A stretch of DNA of 64,000 nucleotides from the NCBI GenBank assembly GCA_035352955.1, contig DAOPYQ010000002.1, positions 70,737 through 134,736 of the forward strand. Direction: 5' to 3'. Made by a program: the position numbers and the translations under genes. The notes under the pieces are model-generated. The model searched no databases, was not told where the DNA came from, and saw nothing but the letters and a program-made list of their open reading frames with translations. This document shows positions 41,727 through 50,749 of this stretch, in pieces; the stretch's first letter is position 1; each line of letters opens with the position of its first letter. The stretch comes from Candidatus Omnitrophota bacterium. GTDB taxonomy: Bacteria > Omnitrophota > Omnitrophia > Omnitrophales > Aquincolibacteriaceae.

Positions 41727-43619
41727 ATGACCGGCCACCTAAAGAAAATTTCAAGACCTGCCTTTTATTGTTTTTATTTATCAGGCGTAATGTTCATTCT
41801 ATTGAGCCGTCTTTTGTTCATTTTAAATCTCTTAAAACCTCGATTTTCCCCGATCACGATCATTGCGAGTATTTTCTTTTTTGATAAATATTTCATCGAG
41901 CTGATCGTCACTCTGTTGGCCGGCATCTGGCTAATCAACGGTCGTTGGTTTTGTCGAATCTTGGCTTATATTTTAGCCTGCGGGTTCATAATAATTTCCA
42001 CGTTCCAATATGTCGTGATCCAACGTACCGGAAATTTCTTTCCTCATTTAGCGCTAGAAAACATTTTTCATATTAGCCTCGTTATCAACGGGCCCAACGT
42101 AATCGCCTTGGGCGGCATCGTTCTAACATGCGTTTTGTTTTTGTTGCTTACCGAAACGCTTTTTAAACAGCCCGCTTCCGGTAAATTCCTGGTTATGATT
42201 TCGGTCCTATTATCAATGGCTGGTTTAACGCTTGTCTCGGGAAACCGATGGCTACCTCATGAAGTTCTCGCACAGCGAGCTTTTTATCTTGAGGCTAACG
42301 ACATGAAACAATTCGCTCCGGCGGCTGCTCTTTATGCGGAATTAGTGCGGAAAAAAGATGCGATCATCGATTTAACGTTTTCGAAAGAAGAACTCCAGGA
42401 GTTGAGAAAATTCGGATTTTCCTATAATCCAAATAGTCGCTACCCGCTCATGAAGTATAAAACGCCTTCGCAAAAAATACCTTTTGAATTGAAAACTTTA
42501 GGGCAAGGCCCTCCCAATGTTATTGTTTTTTTCTCGGAAGGTCTTTCGAATCGGGCGCTAAGTGTTGACAACTCTAACTTTCCAGAAATTACTCCCAATT
42601 TGGTGGATTTCGCCAAAAACTCCATGGTGGTTCAGAATTATTTTAACCATACAGCGTCCACCTATAGAGGCTTACTGGGTCAGCTATGTTCTTTTTATCC
42701 AGCAAGTGAATGGTCTGATGACAGCCCAAATATGAGAAAAACAAATTATTTTTCTATCACGCAAATTTTTAAGCATAATCACTACCAAACAATTTTCCTG
42801 ACCCCTCATTTTGAGGATTATCATCTCGATAAAATGATGCAACATTTAGGATTTGATCAAGTCTTGTCGGGAAAAATTTTGTTAAGGGAATTCTTAGCTG
42901 ACCTCAAACCATCGGGAAACGCCCTTTCCGATCATCAACTTTACAACGCAGTCATCGAATTATTAAAACGCCGTGCTAGAGAGCCGCAAACAGATAAACC
43001 GTTTTTTCTCGCCATGTATAGCCTAGGCACACATGCATGGTTGGATAGTAAGGTGGACGGAATAACCTATAAGAACGGTAGGAACAATGCGTTAAATACG
43101 ATTCATAATTTGGACGACGCATTTGGCAAATTCTGGCAATATTATAAAAACTCGCCCTATGCAGATAACACGATGGTTATTTTTACAGCGGACCATGCTC
43201 ATTTTTATGATGAATCTTATCTCCAGGCCATTCGGTCGTCCGCCCAGACTGACTATCAGCGAATATTTGCAGATCGCATTCCTTTAATCATTCATGATCC
43301 CTTTCGGAACCTACCCAAAAGTTATAACGCTTGGAATTCCACATCCGTCGATTTCGCTCCCAGCTTAGTTCATTATCTCGGATTCAAAAACGATCAGGAT
43401 CCCTTCTTGGGAGGTTCCATCTTTTTAAAAGAACGAAAATTTTATAATAATGGCGGGATCGCCGCTTTTTCTGGGTGCTTCTTTCAGATAACGCAGGACG
43501 GGATTTACCCTTTTACTGATGCACAAAAAGGGCCGTTATTCCTGATCAAAAAATTCATTCGTGCATGTCAGAGCTTGGAGGCAGAAAATCGCATTTGGGA
43601 CAATCCTCCGTCGATCTAG
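41727..43619 (+). CDS. LtaS/EptA-like membrane-anchored sulfatase-superfamily transferase (alkaline phosphatase fold, Thr nucleophile)
   Basis: N-terminal multi-TM region, then a periplasmic domain with NVIVFFSEGLSNR (metal-binding E) and NHTASTYRG (cf. MCR-1/EptA GTSTAYS catalytic Thr). No C/S-x-P-x-R formylglycine motif. Low GC (~40%). Confidence 0.7.
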   Translation: MTGHLKKISRPAFYCFYLSGVMFILLSRLLFILNLLKPRFSPITIIASIFFFDKYFIELIVTLLAGIWLINGRWFCRILAYILACGFIIISTFQYVVIQRTGNFFPHLALENIFHISLVINGPNVIALGGIVLTCVLFLLLTETLFKQPASGKFLVMISVLLSMAGLTLVSGNRWLPHEVLAQRAFYLEANDMKQFAPAAALYAELVRKKDAIIDLTFSKEELQELRKFGFSYNPNSRYPLMKYKTPSQKIPFELKTLGQGPPNVIVFFSEGLSNRALSVDNSNFPEITPNLVDFAKNSMVVQNYFNHTASTYRGLLGQLCSFYPASEWSDDSPNMRKTNYFSITQIFKHNHYQTIFLTPHFEDYHLDKMMQHLGFDQVLSGKILLREFLADLKPSGNALSDHQLYNAVIELLKRRAREPQTDKPFFLAMYSLGTHAWLDSKVDGITYKNGRNNALNTIHNLDDAFGKFWQYYKNSPYADNTMVIFTADHAHFYDESYLQAIRSSAQTDYQRIFADRIPLIIHDPFRNLPKSYNAWNSTSVDFAPSLVHYLGFKNDQDPFLGGSIFLKERKFYNNGGIAAFSGCFFQITQDGIYPFTDAQKGPLFLIKKFIRACQSLEAENRIWDNPPSI

Positions 43620-43700
43620 AAACCCATTTCCCCGCCTGTCCTAAAAGCTATAGGACTTTAAAAGAAATTAGGACTGGCGTTGGAAAAGCATAAATAAAAA

Positions 43701-43733
43701 CGCCGAAGACCTAAAGGCCTCCGGCGTTTTTTT
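43701..43733 (+). terminator. Rho-independent terminator after the LtaS-like gene
   Basis: CGCCGAAGACC-TAAA-GGCCTCCGGCG followed by TTTTTTT. Confidence 0.5.
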
Positions 43734-43846
43734 ATAATAGCTCCGCCCTGTGAACGACTTTCGCAACTGGTTGATGACCTCGGGAGAGGCCGATACAGTA
43801 AAGCTATTGATAAAAACTGCCCTTCCTGCACATCCTCCGCTACAGA

Positions 43847-45208
43847 TCAGTCCTTTTTAGAACTTTGAGGTCGTTTTATCAAAAAAGTATAAACATTTTT
43901 CAGGTATTGAGACCAACCTTTTTCTCTTAATTTTGCGCGAGCCTGGACCTCATTCATTTCTTTACCAAGAAGCACATCGACAGAGGCGGTTTTCTTGATC
44001 GAAAGAATTTGGGAATCATAGACGCTTCGATGCCCTGTAATCAAAAAACTGATGACACAAGCTACTGCGGCATAAGGTGCCAGTTGAGGTCCAAAAACTT
44101 CAATAGCCATGATACTTGCCGCAATGGGAGTATTGGCCGCGCCTGCGAGAACAGCCACAAAACCGATAGCCGATAGAGTTGCGTGATCAAGTCCGGTCCA
44201 AGTAGCGAAAAGAGAACCTGCGGTCGCGCCAACAAAGAAGATTGGCGTCACAATACCACCGCTTCCTCCAAAATTCAGGGTAAAAGTGGTAAAGATCATT
44301 TTCATAAAGGCGGCATACCATGGGACAGCCTGTCCTTGCAGACAGTTTTCAATCGTGTTGAGTCCAAGACCAAGGTATTGTCTTGAAACCAAAAGAGTTA
44401 AAACTATAACCACAGAACCCCCAATAATTCCTTTTAACGGCTTCCACATCTTTAATTGTGCAGACAAGATTTTCCCGATCCGAAGAACCTCGATTAAAAG
44501 AAAAGCGCAAATACCGAAAAAAACCCCTGCAAAGCAGACTTGAATAAAGAAAAACTCACTAAATTGCGGGACAAAATGCATCGGATGGTAGAAATAGGTG
44601 ATTCCCAAAGCATTGGAAACATGATAACTCGTGACCCCGGCCACGAAAGACGGCAAAAGCACGTCGTACAAAATACTTCCCACAAAGAGAACTTCAACGC
44701 CAAATAAGGCCCCCGCGATGGGCGTGCCAAAGACCGATGCAAAACCTGCGCTGATCCCGCAAATGACAAGTTTCCTCCGGTCATGGTCATCGAATTTGAA
44801 CAGATCCGCAAAAATGGACGCAAGCCCGGCCCCAATTTGGGCGCAAGGGCCTTCTTTCCCCGCGGAACCACCCAGAGCAAGCGTAATGATCGTGGCCACC
44901 AACTTAACTGGGACGACAGCGGCTTTGATCTTTCCTGAAGACTTATGGATGGCCTCGATCACTTTTTCCGTGCCATGTCCCTCAGCATCGGGAGCAAGAT
45001 ATTTAACAAGCAAGGCGCTGACAAAAAAAGCCGCGGGGATCAGAAGAAAGGAATAAGAGTGCTTACCCGTAAAGGCAATGCTCCAGCTCAACAATTTCAG
45101 AAAGACCGTCGTTGCTGCGCCGACAATGCATCCGATAATGGTTGCCAGAATGAACCATTTCAGAACACTAATAAAAAGGATTGTTTCTTCAGCGAGTCGT
45201 CTACGCAT
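43847..45208 (-). CDS. ClC family voltage-gated chloride channel / H+-Cl- antiporter
   Basis: GSAGKEGP and GTPIAG selectivity motifs, GGSGGIVTP. 453 aa, polytopic. Confidence 0.9.
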   Translation of the reverse strand: MRRRLAEETILFISVLKWFILATIIGCIVGAATTVFLKLLSWSIAFTGKHSYSFLLIPAAFFVSALLVKYLAPDAEGHGTEKVIEAIHKSSGKIKAAVVPVKLVATIITLALGGSAGKEGPCAQIGAGLASIFADLFKFDDHDRRKLVICGISAGFASVFGTPIAGALFGVEVLFVGSILYDVLLPSFVAGVTSYHVSNALGITYFYHPMHFVPQFSEFFFIQVCFAGVFFGICAFLLIEVLRIGKILSAQLKMWKPLKGIIGGSVVIVLTLLVSRQYLGLGLNTIENCLQGQAVPWYAAFMKMIFTTFTLNFGGSGGIVTPIFFVGATAGSLFATWTGLDHATLSAIGFVAVLAGAANTPIAASIMAIEVFGPQLAPYAAVACVISFLITGHRSVYDSQILSIKKTASVDVLLGKEMNEVQARAKLREKGWSQYLKNVYTFLIKRPQSSKKD

Positions 45209-45245
45209 TAGAAATATTTACTCCTGGTGGATTGATTGTTTTATT

Positions 45246-46043
45246 TTATCCCAGCGCGTAGTAATAACCGTTTTTGCGCCTGATCCGGATCGGTATATCA
45301 AAAAGCCGACCGATATTTCGCGAGGTCAGAATTGTTTCCTTAGGGCCATCCATGATGATCTGACCGTTCTTCATGAGAACCGTCCGTGTAATCTCGGGAA
45401 TAACATCTTGAAGGTTTTGGGTTACCAGAACGATACTCACCCCGGACCACGATATTTTTCGCATGATATTCTTGAAATGATAGGTTGATCTCAGGTCCAG
45501 ACTGTTGGTCGGTTCGTCCAGGATAAGCGCCCGAGGATCGTGAACAAGAGCCCGGCCAATTAGAAAGCGGCGCGCCTCGCCAGAGGACATGACGGACATT
45601 TTCCGGTCCTTGAGATGTCCGATCTCGAGGAATTTCAGAATCTTCAAGGCCTTCTTCTTTTGATCCGTCGTGATCCGGTGACGGTGAAGTCCGATGCTCC
45701 CGAAAAAACCGGACAGCACGGTCTCCATCCCCGAGATCTCCCGCGCATAGGTTGATTGTAGCTCGTTGGAGACGATCCCGAGCCGGTAGCGCAGCTCAAA
45801 AATATTCCAGTGATCCTCGCCCCACACTCTGCATACGGCCCCTTTTTTTGCAAGCTGGTAATATTCCCGGGTGATCGTTTTGACTAAGGAAGTTTTACCG
45901 GCACCATTCGGCCCAAGAATGGCAACATTCTCACCCGGCAGGATCCTGAGCGAGATGTTATTCAGGATTTTCTTATTCTCGTCTCCTTTGACCACTGTGA
46001 CATTCTTTAGCTCCAGAACCGGCGGCCATTGATCTTTTTTCAC
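45246..46043 (-). CDS. Solitary ABC transporter ATP-binding protein (ModF/YlmA-like)
   Basis: Walker A GPNGAGKTS, signature MSSGEARR, Walker B ALILDEPT. The likely GTG start at 46041-46043 overlaps the methyltransferase TGA stop (GTGA coupling); the ORF table start at 46103 would overlap the methyltransferase by 64 nt. Confidence 0.7.
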   Translation of the reverse strand: MKKDQWPPVLELKNVTVVKGDENKKILNNISLRILPGENVAILGPNGAGKTSLVKTITREYYQLAKKGAVCRVWGEDHWNIFELRYRLGIVSNELQSTYAREISGMETVLSGFFGSIGLHRHRITTDQKKKALKILKFLEIGHLKDRKMSVMSSGEARRFLIGRALVHDPRALILDEPTNSLDLRSTYHFKNIMRKISWSGVSIVLVTQNLQDVIPEITRTVLMKNGQIIMDGPKETILTSRNIGRLFDIPIRIRRKNGYYYALG

Positions 46044-46819
46044 GATTTGATTCCCACAATGATCGCGACAGGGATAGAGACATAAAGCTCTTTGTCTTTC
46101 CACTGAGCCTGAACACCCAATGTATCTTTCCCGACATCATCTGAAACCATTTTTCGGATCTTGTCTGCATCCTCGGAACTTTCTGGGAAAGATGCTTTTA
46201 ATTGTTGTTCCAAAGGAATCTCAAGCCTGTAGAACTTCTTTTCCAGCCGGATTAAGCCTGTTTTTGTAGCCATTCGCTGCAACTCTTCTAATCGCAACGC
46301 TCTTACATGCGATGAATCTCTGAGTTTTTCCATTTGATCATAGGCCATTGCCTGCTTCTTTGAAGACGTAAAAACATCAATCACCGCCACACGCCCTTCA
46401 GATTTCGCAACTCTTGTCATTTCTTTCCAGACAGCCAACGGATCCATGAGATGATGAAAAGAATATCGCGTGATTACGATTGAAAATGACCCGTCCGGAA
46501 AAGGAAGGGGAAGCGCATCCCCTGTTTTCCAGGTCAAATTGGACAGTTTTTTATCCTGTTGCAAAACTTTCGCCCGTTCAATCATGGCCGGTACCAGATC
46601 GATCCCGGTCACATGTTTCGCTGTGGCGGCAAAAGCACAGCTCACAAGCCCAGGACCGCAAGCAACATCCAGAACTGTGTCATTCGAAGTCACTTTGGTT
46701 AATTCCATGATCAGATCAAGATATTCTGAATGGCTGGGGCGGGTAGAAAAAGGGATGGCCTGTTTTGTAAATTGATCGACAATTAGATCATTATGTCGCT
46801 GGTATTGGTCTTTCCTCAT
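46040..46819 (-). CDS. Class I SAM-dependent methyltransferase
   Basis: Start MRKDQYQ at 46817-46819 with a GGAGG SD. Motif I VLDVACGPG, motif post-I/II pattern. 259 aa. Confidence 0.75.
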   Translation of the reverse strand: MRKDQYQRHNDLIVDQFTKQAIPFSTRPSHSEYLDLIMELTKVTSNDTVLDVACGPGLVSCAFAATAKHVTGIDLVPAMIERAKVLQQDKKLSNLTWKTGDALPLPFPDGSFSIVITRYSFHHLMDPLAVWKEMTRVAKSEGRVAVIDVFTSSKKQAMAYDQMEKLRDSSHVRALRLEELQRMATKTGLIRLEKKFYRLEIPLEQQLKASFPESSEDADKIRKMVSDDVGKDTLGVQAQWKDKELYVSIPVAIIVGIKS

Positions 46820-46897
46820 AAAATCCTCCGAAAAATAAAAGGGCATTGCTCTGGGGATACAGTTTAGGCAGATCTTCGTCTTGACAGGCCAATGAAG

Positions 46898-47853
46898 TTA
46901 TTTTTCTCTCCCAGAGGCTGTTTTCAATTTCTTTAGAAAAGCCAGATTCAACTTCAGGCCCAACGACTCGGCTTTATGCTCATCATCCCAGGCTTTGGCA
47001 TATTCTTTTTGGGAATAGTAGGCTTCTGCCCGACTGTCATAGGCTTCAGCAAGGTTAGGATTTATTTCTATTGCTTTGGTGCAGTCAGAAATTGCCTGAC
47101 CTAAGTTGCTTTTCAGGAAAAAAGCATAGCCTCGATTGTTATAGGCAACGGCATCCTTAGGATTTAACTCTATTGCTTTTGTGTAATCAGAAATAGCTTG
47201 CTCATAATTTCCTTTGGCATCGTAAGCGGCACCTCGTTGACGGTAAGCCTTAGAAAAATTGGGATTTATTTTTATAGCATTGGAACAATCAGAAATAGCC
47301 TTGTCAAAATCACCTTTAACGGTATAGGAAACGCCCCGATTGTTATAGGCATTAGCTTCATTAGGATCTAAATCGATCGCTTTTGTGAAATCAGAAATGG
47401 CACGGTCATTATCACCTTTATAACTATAGGCATTTCCTCTGTTGTTATAGGCTTGAGCAAAATTGGGATTCAATTCTATGGCCTTGGTAAAGTCAGAAAT
47501 AGCTTGGTCAAAATTATGTTGGAAACCATAAGCAAGTCCACGATTGTAACAGGCATAGATATTATTAGGATTCAGTTTTATCGCTTCATTAAAATCAGAT
47601 ATAGCTCGGTCGTGATCACCTTTAGAACTGTAGGCAATGCCTCTGTTGCAGTAAGCATCTGCATCATTAGGATTTAATTCTATGGCTTTGTTGAGTTCGA
47701 CTATCGCCGCATCATACTCACTTAAAAAAATATGTTTCTTGCCTTTATTAAAAGCATCCCTTTGAGGGTTTTGTGCTAAAACCCGAAAAGCCATAAAGAA
47801 TGAGATCGCTAAAGCCAGAAAGCTGATTTTTATAAAAACATTCCGTTTGGACA
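46898..47853 (-). CDS. Secreted or membrane-anchored TPR repeat protein
   Basis: Start MSKRNVFIKISFLALAISFFMAF (signal/anchor), followed by ~8 canonical 34-aa TPR units (AYxNRGxAYxxxGxxDxAIxDxxKAIELNPN repeated). AT-rich. Confidence 0.8.
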
Positions 47854-47870
47854 TTTCTTTCTCCTTTTGA

Positions 47871-47924
47871 TCCAATAAAAAAGGCGTTACCGCTGTCTTA
47901 AAAGTTATCGACAACAGTAACGCC
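47871..47924 (-). terminator. Rho-independent terminator downstream of tRNA-Asn (minus strand)
   Basis: Minus strand: GGCGUUACUGUUGUC-GAUAACUUUUAA-GACAGCGGUAACGCC followed by UUUUUUAUU. Confidence 0.45.
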
Positions 47925-47942
47925 TGTATTTATGTATGAAAA

Positions 47943-48015
47943 CTCCCCCGCCTGGGATCGAACCAGGGACACTGCGGTTAACAGCCGCATGCTCTACCAG
48001 CTGAGCTACAGGGGA
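47943..48015 (-). tRNA. tRNA-Asn (anticodon GTT)
   Basis: Minus-strand sequence UCCCCUGUAGCUCAGCUGGUAGAGCAUGCGGCUGUUAACCGCAGUGUCCCUGGUUCGAUCCCAGGCGGGGGAG folds into a canonical cloverleaf (D-stem GCUC/GAGC, anticodon stem UGCGG/CCGCA, loop CUGUUAA, T-arm CCUGG-UUCGAUC-CCAGG). CCA is not encoded. Confidence 0.9.
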
Positions 48016-48170
48016 ATAAACTTAGAGATACGCGACCCAAATTTAATACGCTTACTACATCCCTAGAAGGGCTTAATTATAGGGATTACCGCCGAAGGGT
48101 CAATGGGTGTTTTTACCATTGTTTTTTTAATTCTCTCGCTATTTGAGGAGATTGCCCCTATACTGCCCGC

Positions 48171-49421
48171 ATGCATACGCATCCTACTAGTGAATCCCCC
48201 GTCGCGGCCACGTTTTTCGGCCTCGGGATCGCTCCTCAGATCCTTGAGACCCTCGAAAAGATGAAGTTCCAAAACCCGACACCGATCCAGCAAAAAGCCA
48301 TCCCCATCGCCATCGACGGACAGGATGTGATTGGGATCGCGCAAACCGGGACCGGCAAAACCATGGCGTTCGGCATCCCGATGATCCAGCGCCTCACTCA
48401 AACCAAGGGACGCGGGTTGATCCTGGTCCCAACGCGCGAATTGGCGACCCAGGTCCACCAAAGCCTTTATAAGATCGCTCCCTATACAAAATACGCGGTC
48501 CTGATCGGCGGCGCTTCGATGCACAACCAGATCCAGGAACTCCGCCAGCACCCGCGCATCATCATTGCCACACCGGGCCGCCTGATCGACCATATGGAAC
48601 AGCGTTACGTTTTCATGAACGATATTAGCATCCTCGTTCTCGATGAAGCGGACCGCATGCTCGACATGGGTTTCGCGCCGCAGATCCACAAGATCCTCCG
48701 CGCGATCCCGAAAGAACGCCAGACCATGCTCTTCTCGGCCACGATGCCCGACCAGATCATGAAGATCGCCACCGCGCACATGAAACTCCCCACGCATATC
48801 GAGATCGCAAAGTCCGGGACCGTCGCGGAAAAGATCACGCAGGAAGTCTTCATCGTGAAAAAGGAATCAAAAAGGGACCTTCTGCGAAAGATCCTCGCAC
48901 AATACCACGGAACCATCCTGATTTTCTCGCGGACCAAGATCGGGGCTTATAAGATCTCCCGCGCGATCCGTGAAATGAACCATAAGGCTGCCGAGATCCA
49001 CGCCGACCGTTCCCTGGCTCAACGCCGTGAAGCTCTCGAGGGCTTCAAAAACGGAAAATACCGCATCCTCGTCGCGACCGATATCGCCGCCCGCGGGATC
49101 GACGTCAAAGGAATCGAGCTCGTACTGAATTACGATCTCCCGGACGAATCGGAGAACTACATCCACCGGATCGGCCGCACCGGCCGGATCGGTGACAAGG
49201 GCCACGCGATCTCGTTCGCCACGCCCGACCAAGGCAAAGAGGTCAAGAACATCGAAAGGCTCATGCGGATGGCGCTTCCGATCTCCGAGCACCCCGAGAT
49301 GCCGCTCGAAAGTTTTATTGATCTAAAGCCCGTGAAAGTCGCCTCGTTCGGCGGCGGCCGTTTCGCACGAGGCCGGCGACGCGGCTATATCGCCCCGGCT
49401 TTCCGCAGACCCCACCGCTGA
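48171..49421 (+). CDS. DEAD-box ATP-dependent RNA helicase
   Basis: Q-motif, Walker A AQTGTGKT, PTRELA, DEAD box (VLDEADRML), SAT, HRIGRTGR. C-terminal basic RG-rich tail. Confidence 0.9.
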   Translation: MHTHPTSESPVAATFFGLGIAPQILETLEKMKFQNPTPIQQKAIPIAIDGQDVIGIAQTGTGKTMAFGIPMIQRLTQTKGRGLILVPTRELATQVHQSLYKIAPYTKYAVLIGGASMHNQIQELRQHPRIIIATPGRLIDHMEQRYVFMNDISILVLDEADRMLDMGFAPQIHKILRAIPKERQTMLFSATMPDQIMKIATAHMKLPTHIEIAKSGTVAEKITQEVFIVKKESKRDLLRKILAQYHGTILIFSRTKIGAYKISRAIREMNHKAAEIHADRSLAQRREALEGFKNGKYRILVATDIAARGIDVKGIELVLNYDLPDESENYIHRIGRTGRIGDKGHAISFATPDQGKEVKNIERLMRMALPISEHPEMPLESFIDLKPVKVASFGGGRFARGRRRGYIAPAFRRPHR

Positions 49422-49504
49422 TCCCCCTCCGTTCCTTTTGGTCTTTTTTTCCGGTCCTTGTAATGCTATATTGACCCTGCTTTTAATCCTGAAAAGGGGG
49501 CCTT

Positions 49505-49867
49505 ATGAATAAAAGGATCGTGATCGCCGGCTTGATCGCTCTTAGCGCCATCGTCTCTTTTTCTCCTGCCGAGCTCGTCCTCGCTTACGAGGATACGACC
49601 ATTGTCATGGAAAACCTTCAGACGGTGGAAGGATCCGTGACCGCGATCGACGCCGAGAAAAAAATCATCACCATTCGCTGGATGTATGACGTCGAAAATT
49701 TCAAATACGAAGATGTCACCCTGAGCGTCCCGGACGGTTGTGCCGTCATCAAGAACGGGGAGCCGGTCGAATTGGACGACATTGAGAACGGCGATCACAT
49801 CACGGCCCGCTACAACCCGAACGCTGCCCCCCTTCCTCTGGCAGCTAGTCTTTCCATTGAGGAATAG
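49505..49867 (+). CDS. Small secreted hypothetical protein
   Basis: Signal peptide MNKRIVIAGLIALSAIVSFSPA. 120 aa, no known motif. Confidence 0.45.
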   Translation: MNKRIVIAGLIALSAIVSFSPAELVLAYEDTTIVMENLQTVEGSVTAIDAEKKIITIRWMYDVENFKYEDVTLSVPDGCAVIKNGEPVELDDIENGDHITARYNPNAAPLPLAASLSIEE

Positions 49868-49917
49868 AGAAATAACCGGAAATTTTTAAAAACACCTTCA
49901 CTAAGGAGAATCGAATT

Positions 49918-50667
49918 ATGTACAAGCTCGTTTTGATCCGTCACGGCGAAAGCACTTGGAACAAGGAGAACCGGTTCACGGGGTGGACCGATGTCGACCT
50001 ATCCGAAAAAGGCCTTCAAGAGGCCAAAGACGGCGGCGCGCTCCTCAAAAAAGAGGGCTACGCTTTTGACGTTGCTTTCACGTCCGTACTGAAACGCGCG
50101 ATCCGCACGCTCTGGAACGTTCTCGACCAGATGGACCTGATGTGGATCCCGGTCGTTCGCGACTGGCGGCTGAACGAACGCCACTACGGCGATCTCCAAG
50201 GTCTCAACAAATCCGAAACGGCCGCAAAATACGGCGAGGCCCAGGTCAAGATCTGGCGCCGGAGCTACGATGTGCCGCCGCCCGCGTTAAAACCGGAAGA
50301 TCCCCGCAGTCCGGCCTTCGATCCGCGCTACAAAGGTCTCAAAAAAACCGAGCTGCCGCTGACGGAGTGTCTGAAAGACACTGTCGCACGCGTCATCCCC
50401 TTCTGGAACGAGGTTGTCGCTCCGGCCATCCGCTCGGGGAAAAAGGTCCTCATTGCGGCGCACGGCAACAGCCTGCGCGCGATGGTGCAGTTCCTCGACA
50501 ACATTCCCGAAAGCGAAATCGTGGAGTTGAACATCCCGACCGGCATGCCGCTCGTCTACGAACTGGACCAGAACCTCAAACCGATCAAACACTATTACCT
50601 CGGTGATCCGGAAAAGGTCAAGGCCGCGATGGACGCCGTCGCGAGCCAGGGGAAAGCCAAGAAATAG
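49918..50667 (+). CDS. gpmA: 2,3-bisphosphoglycerate-dependent phosphoglycerate mutase
   Basis: [29 protein letters not shown] (catalytic His in the RHGE motif) and full-length dPGM similarity. Confidence 0.95.
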   Translation: MYKLVLIRHGESTWNKENRFTGWTDVDLSEKGLQEAKDGGALLKKEGYAFDVAFTSVLKRAIRTLWNVLDQMDLMWIPVVRDWRLNERHYGDLQGLNKSETAAKYGEAQVKIWRRSYDVPPPALKPEDPRSPAFDPRYKGLKKTELPLTECLKDTVARVIPFWNEVVAPAIRSGKKVLIAAHGNSLRAMVQFLDNIPESEIVELNIPTGMPLVYELDQNLKPIKHYYLGDPEKVKAAMDAVASQGKAKK

Positions 50668-50749
50668 CCAAAAGCTCTGAGGCGTGAGCCATGAGTGTTT
50701 TTTGAACCTCACGGCTCAAGCCTCAAGGCTCATGGCCTCGTGAGCCGTC

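Noticed and set aside
40322-43619. Anaerobic sulfatase-maturating enzyme (anSME) + sulfatase pair
   Set aside because: The neighbouring sulfatase-superfamily protein has a Thr-type nucleophile context (HTASTYRG) and lacks the C/S-x-P-x-R formylglycine motif, so it is not an anSME substrate. Left as an orphan SPASM enzyme.
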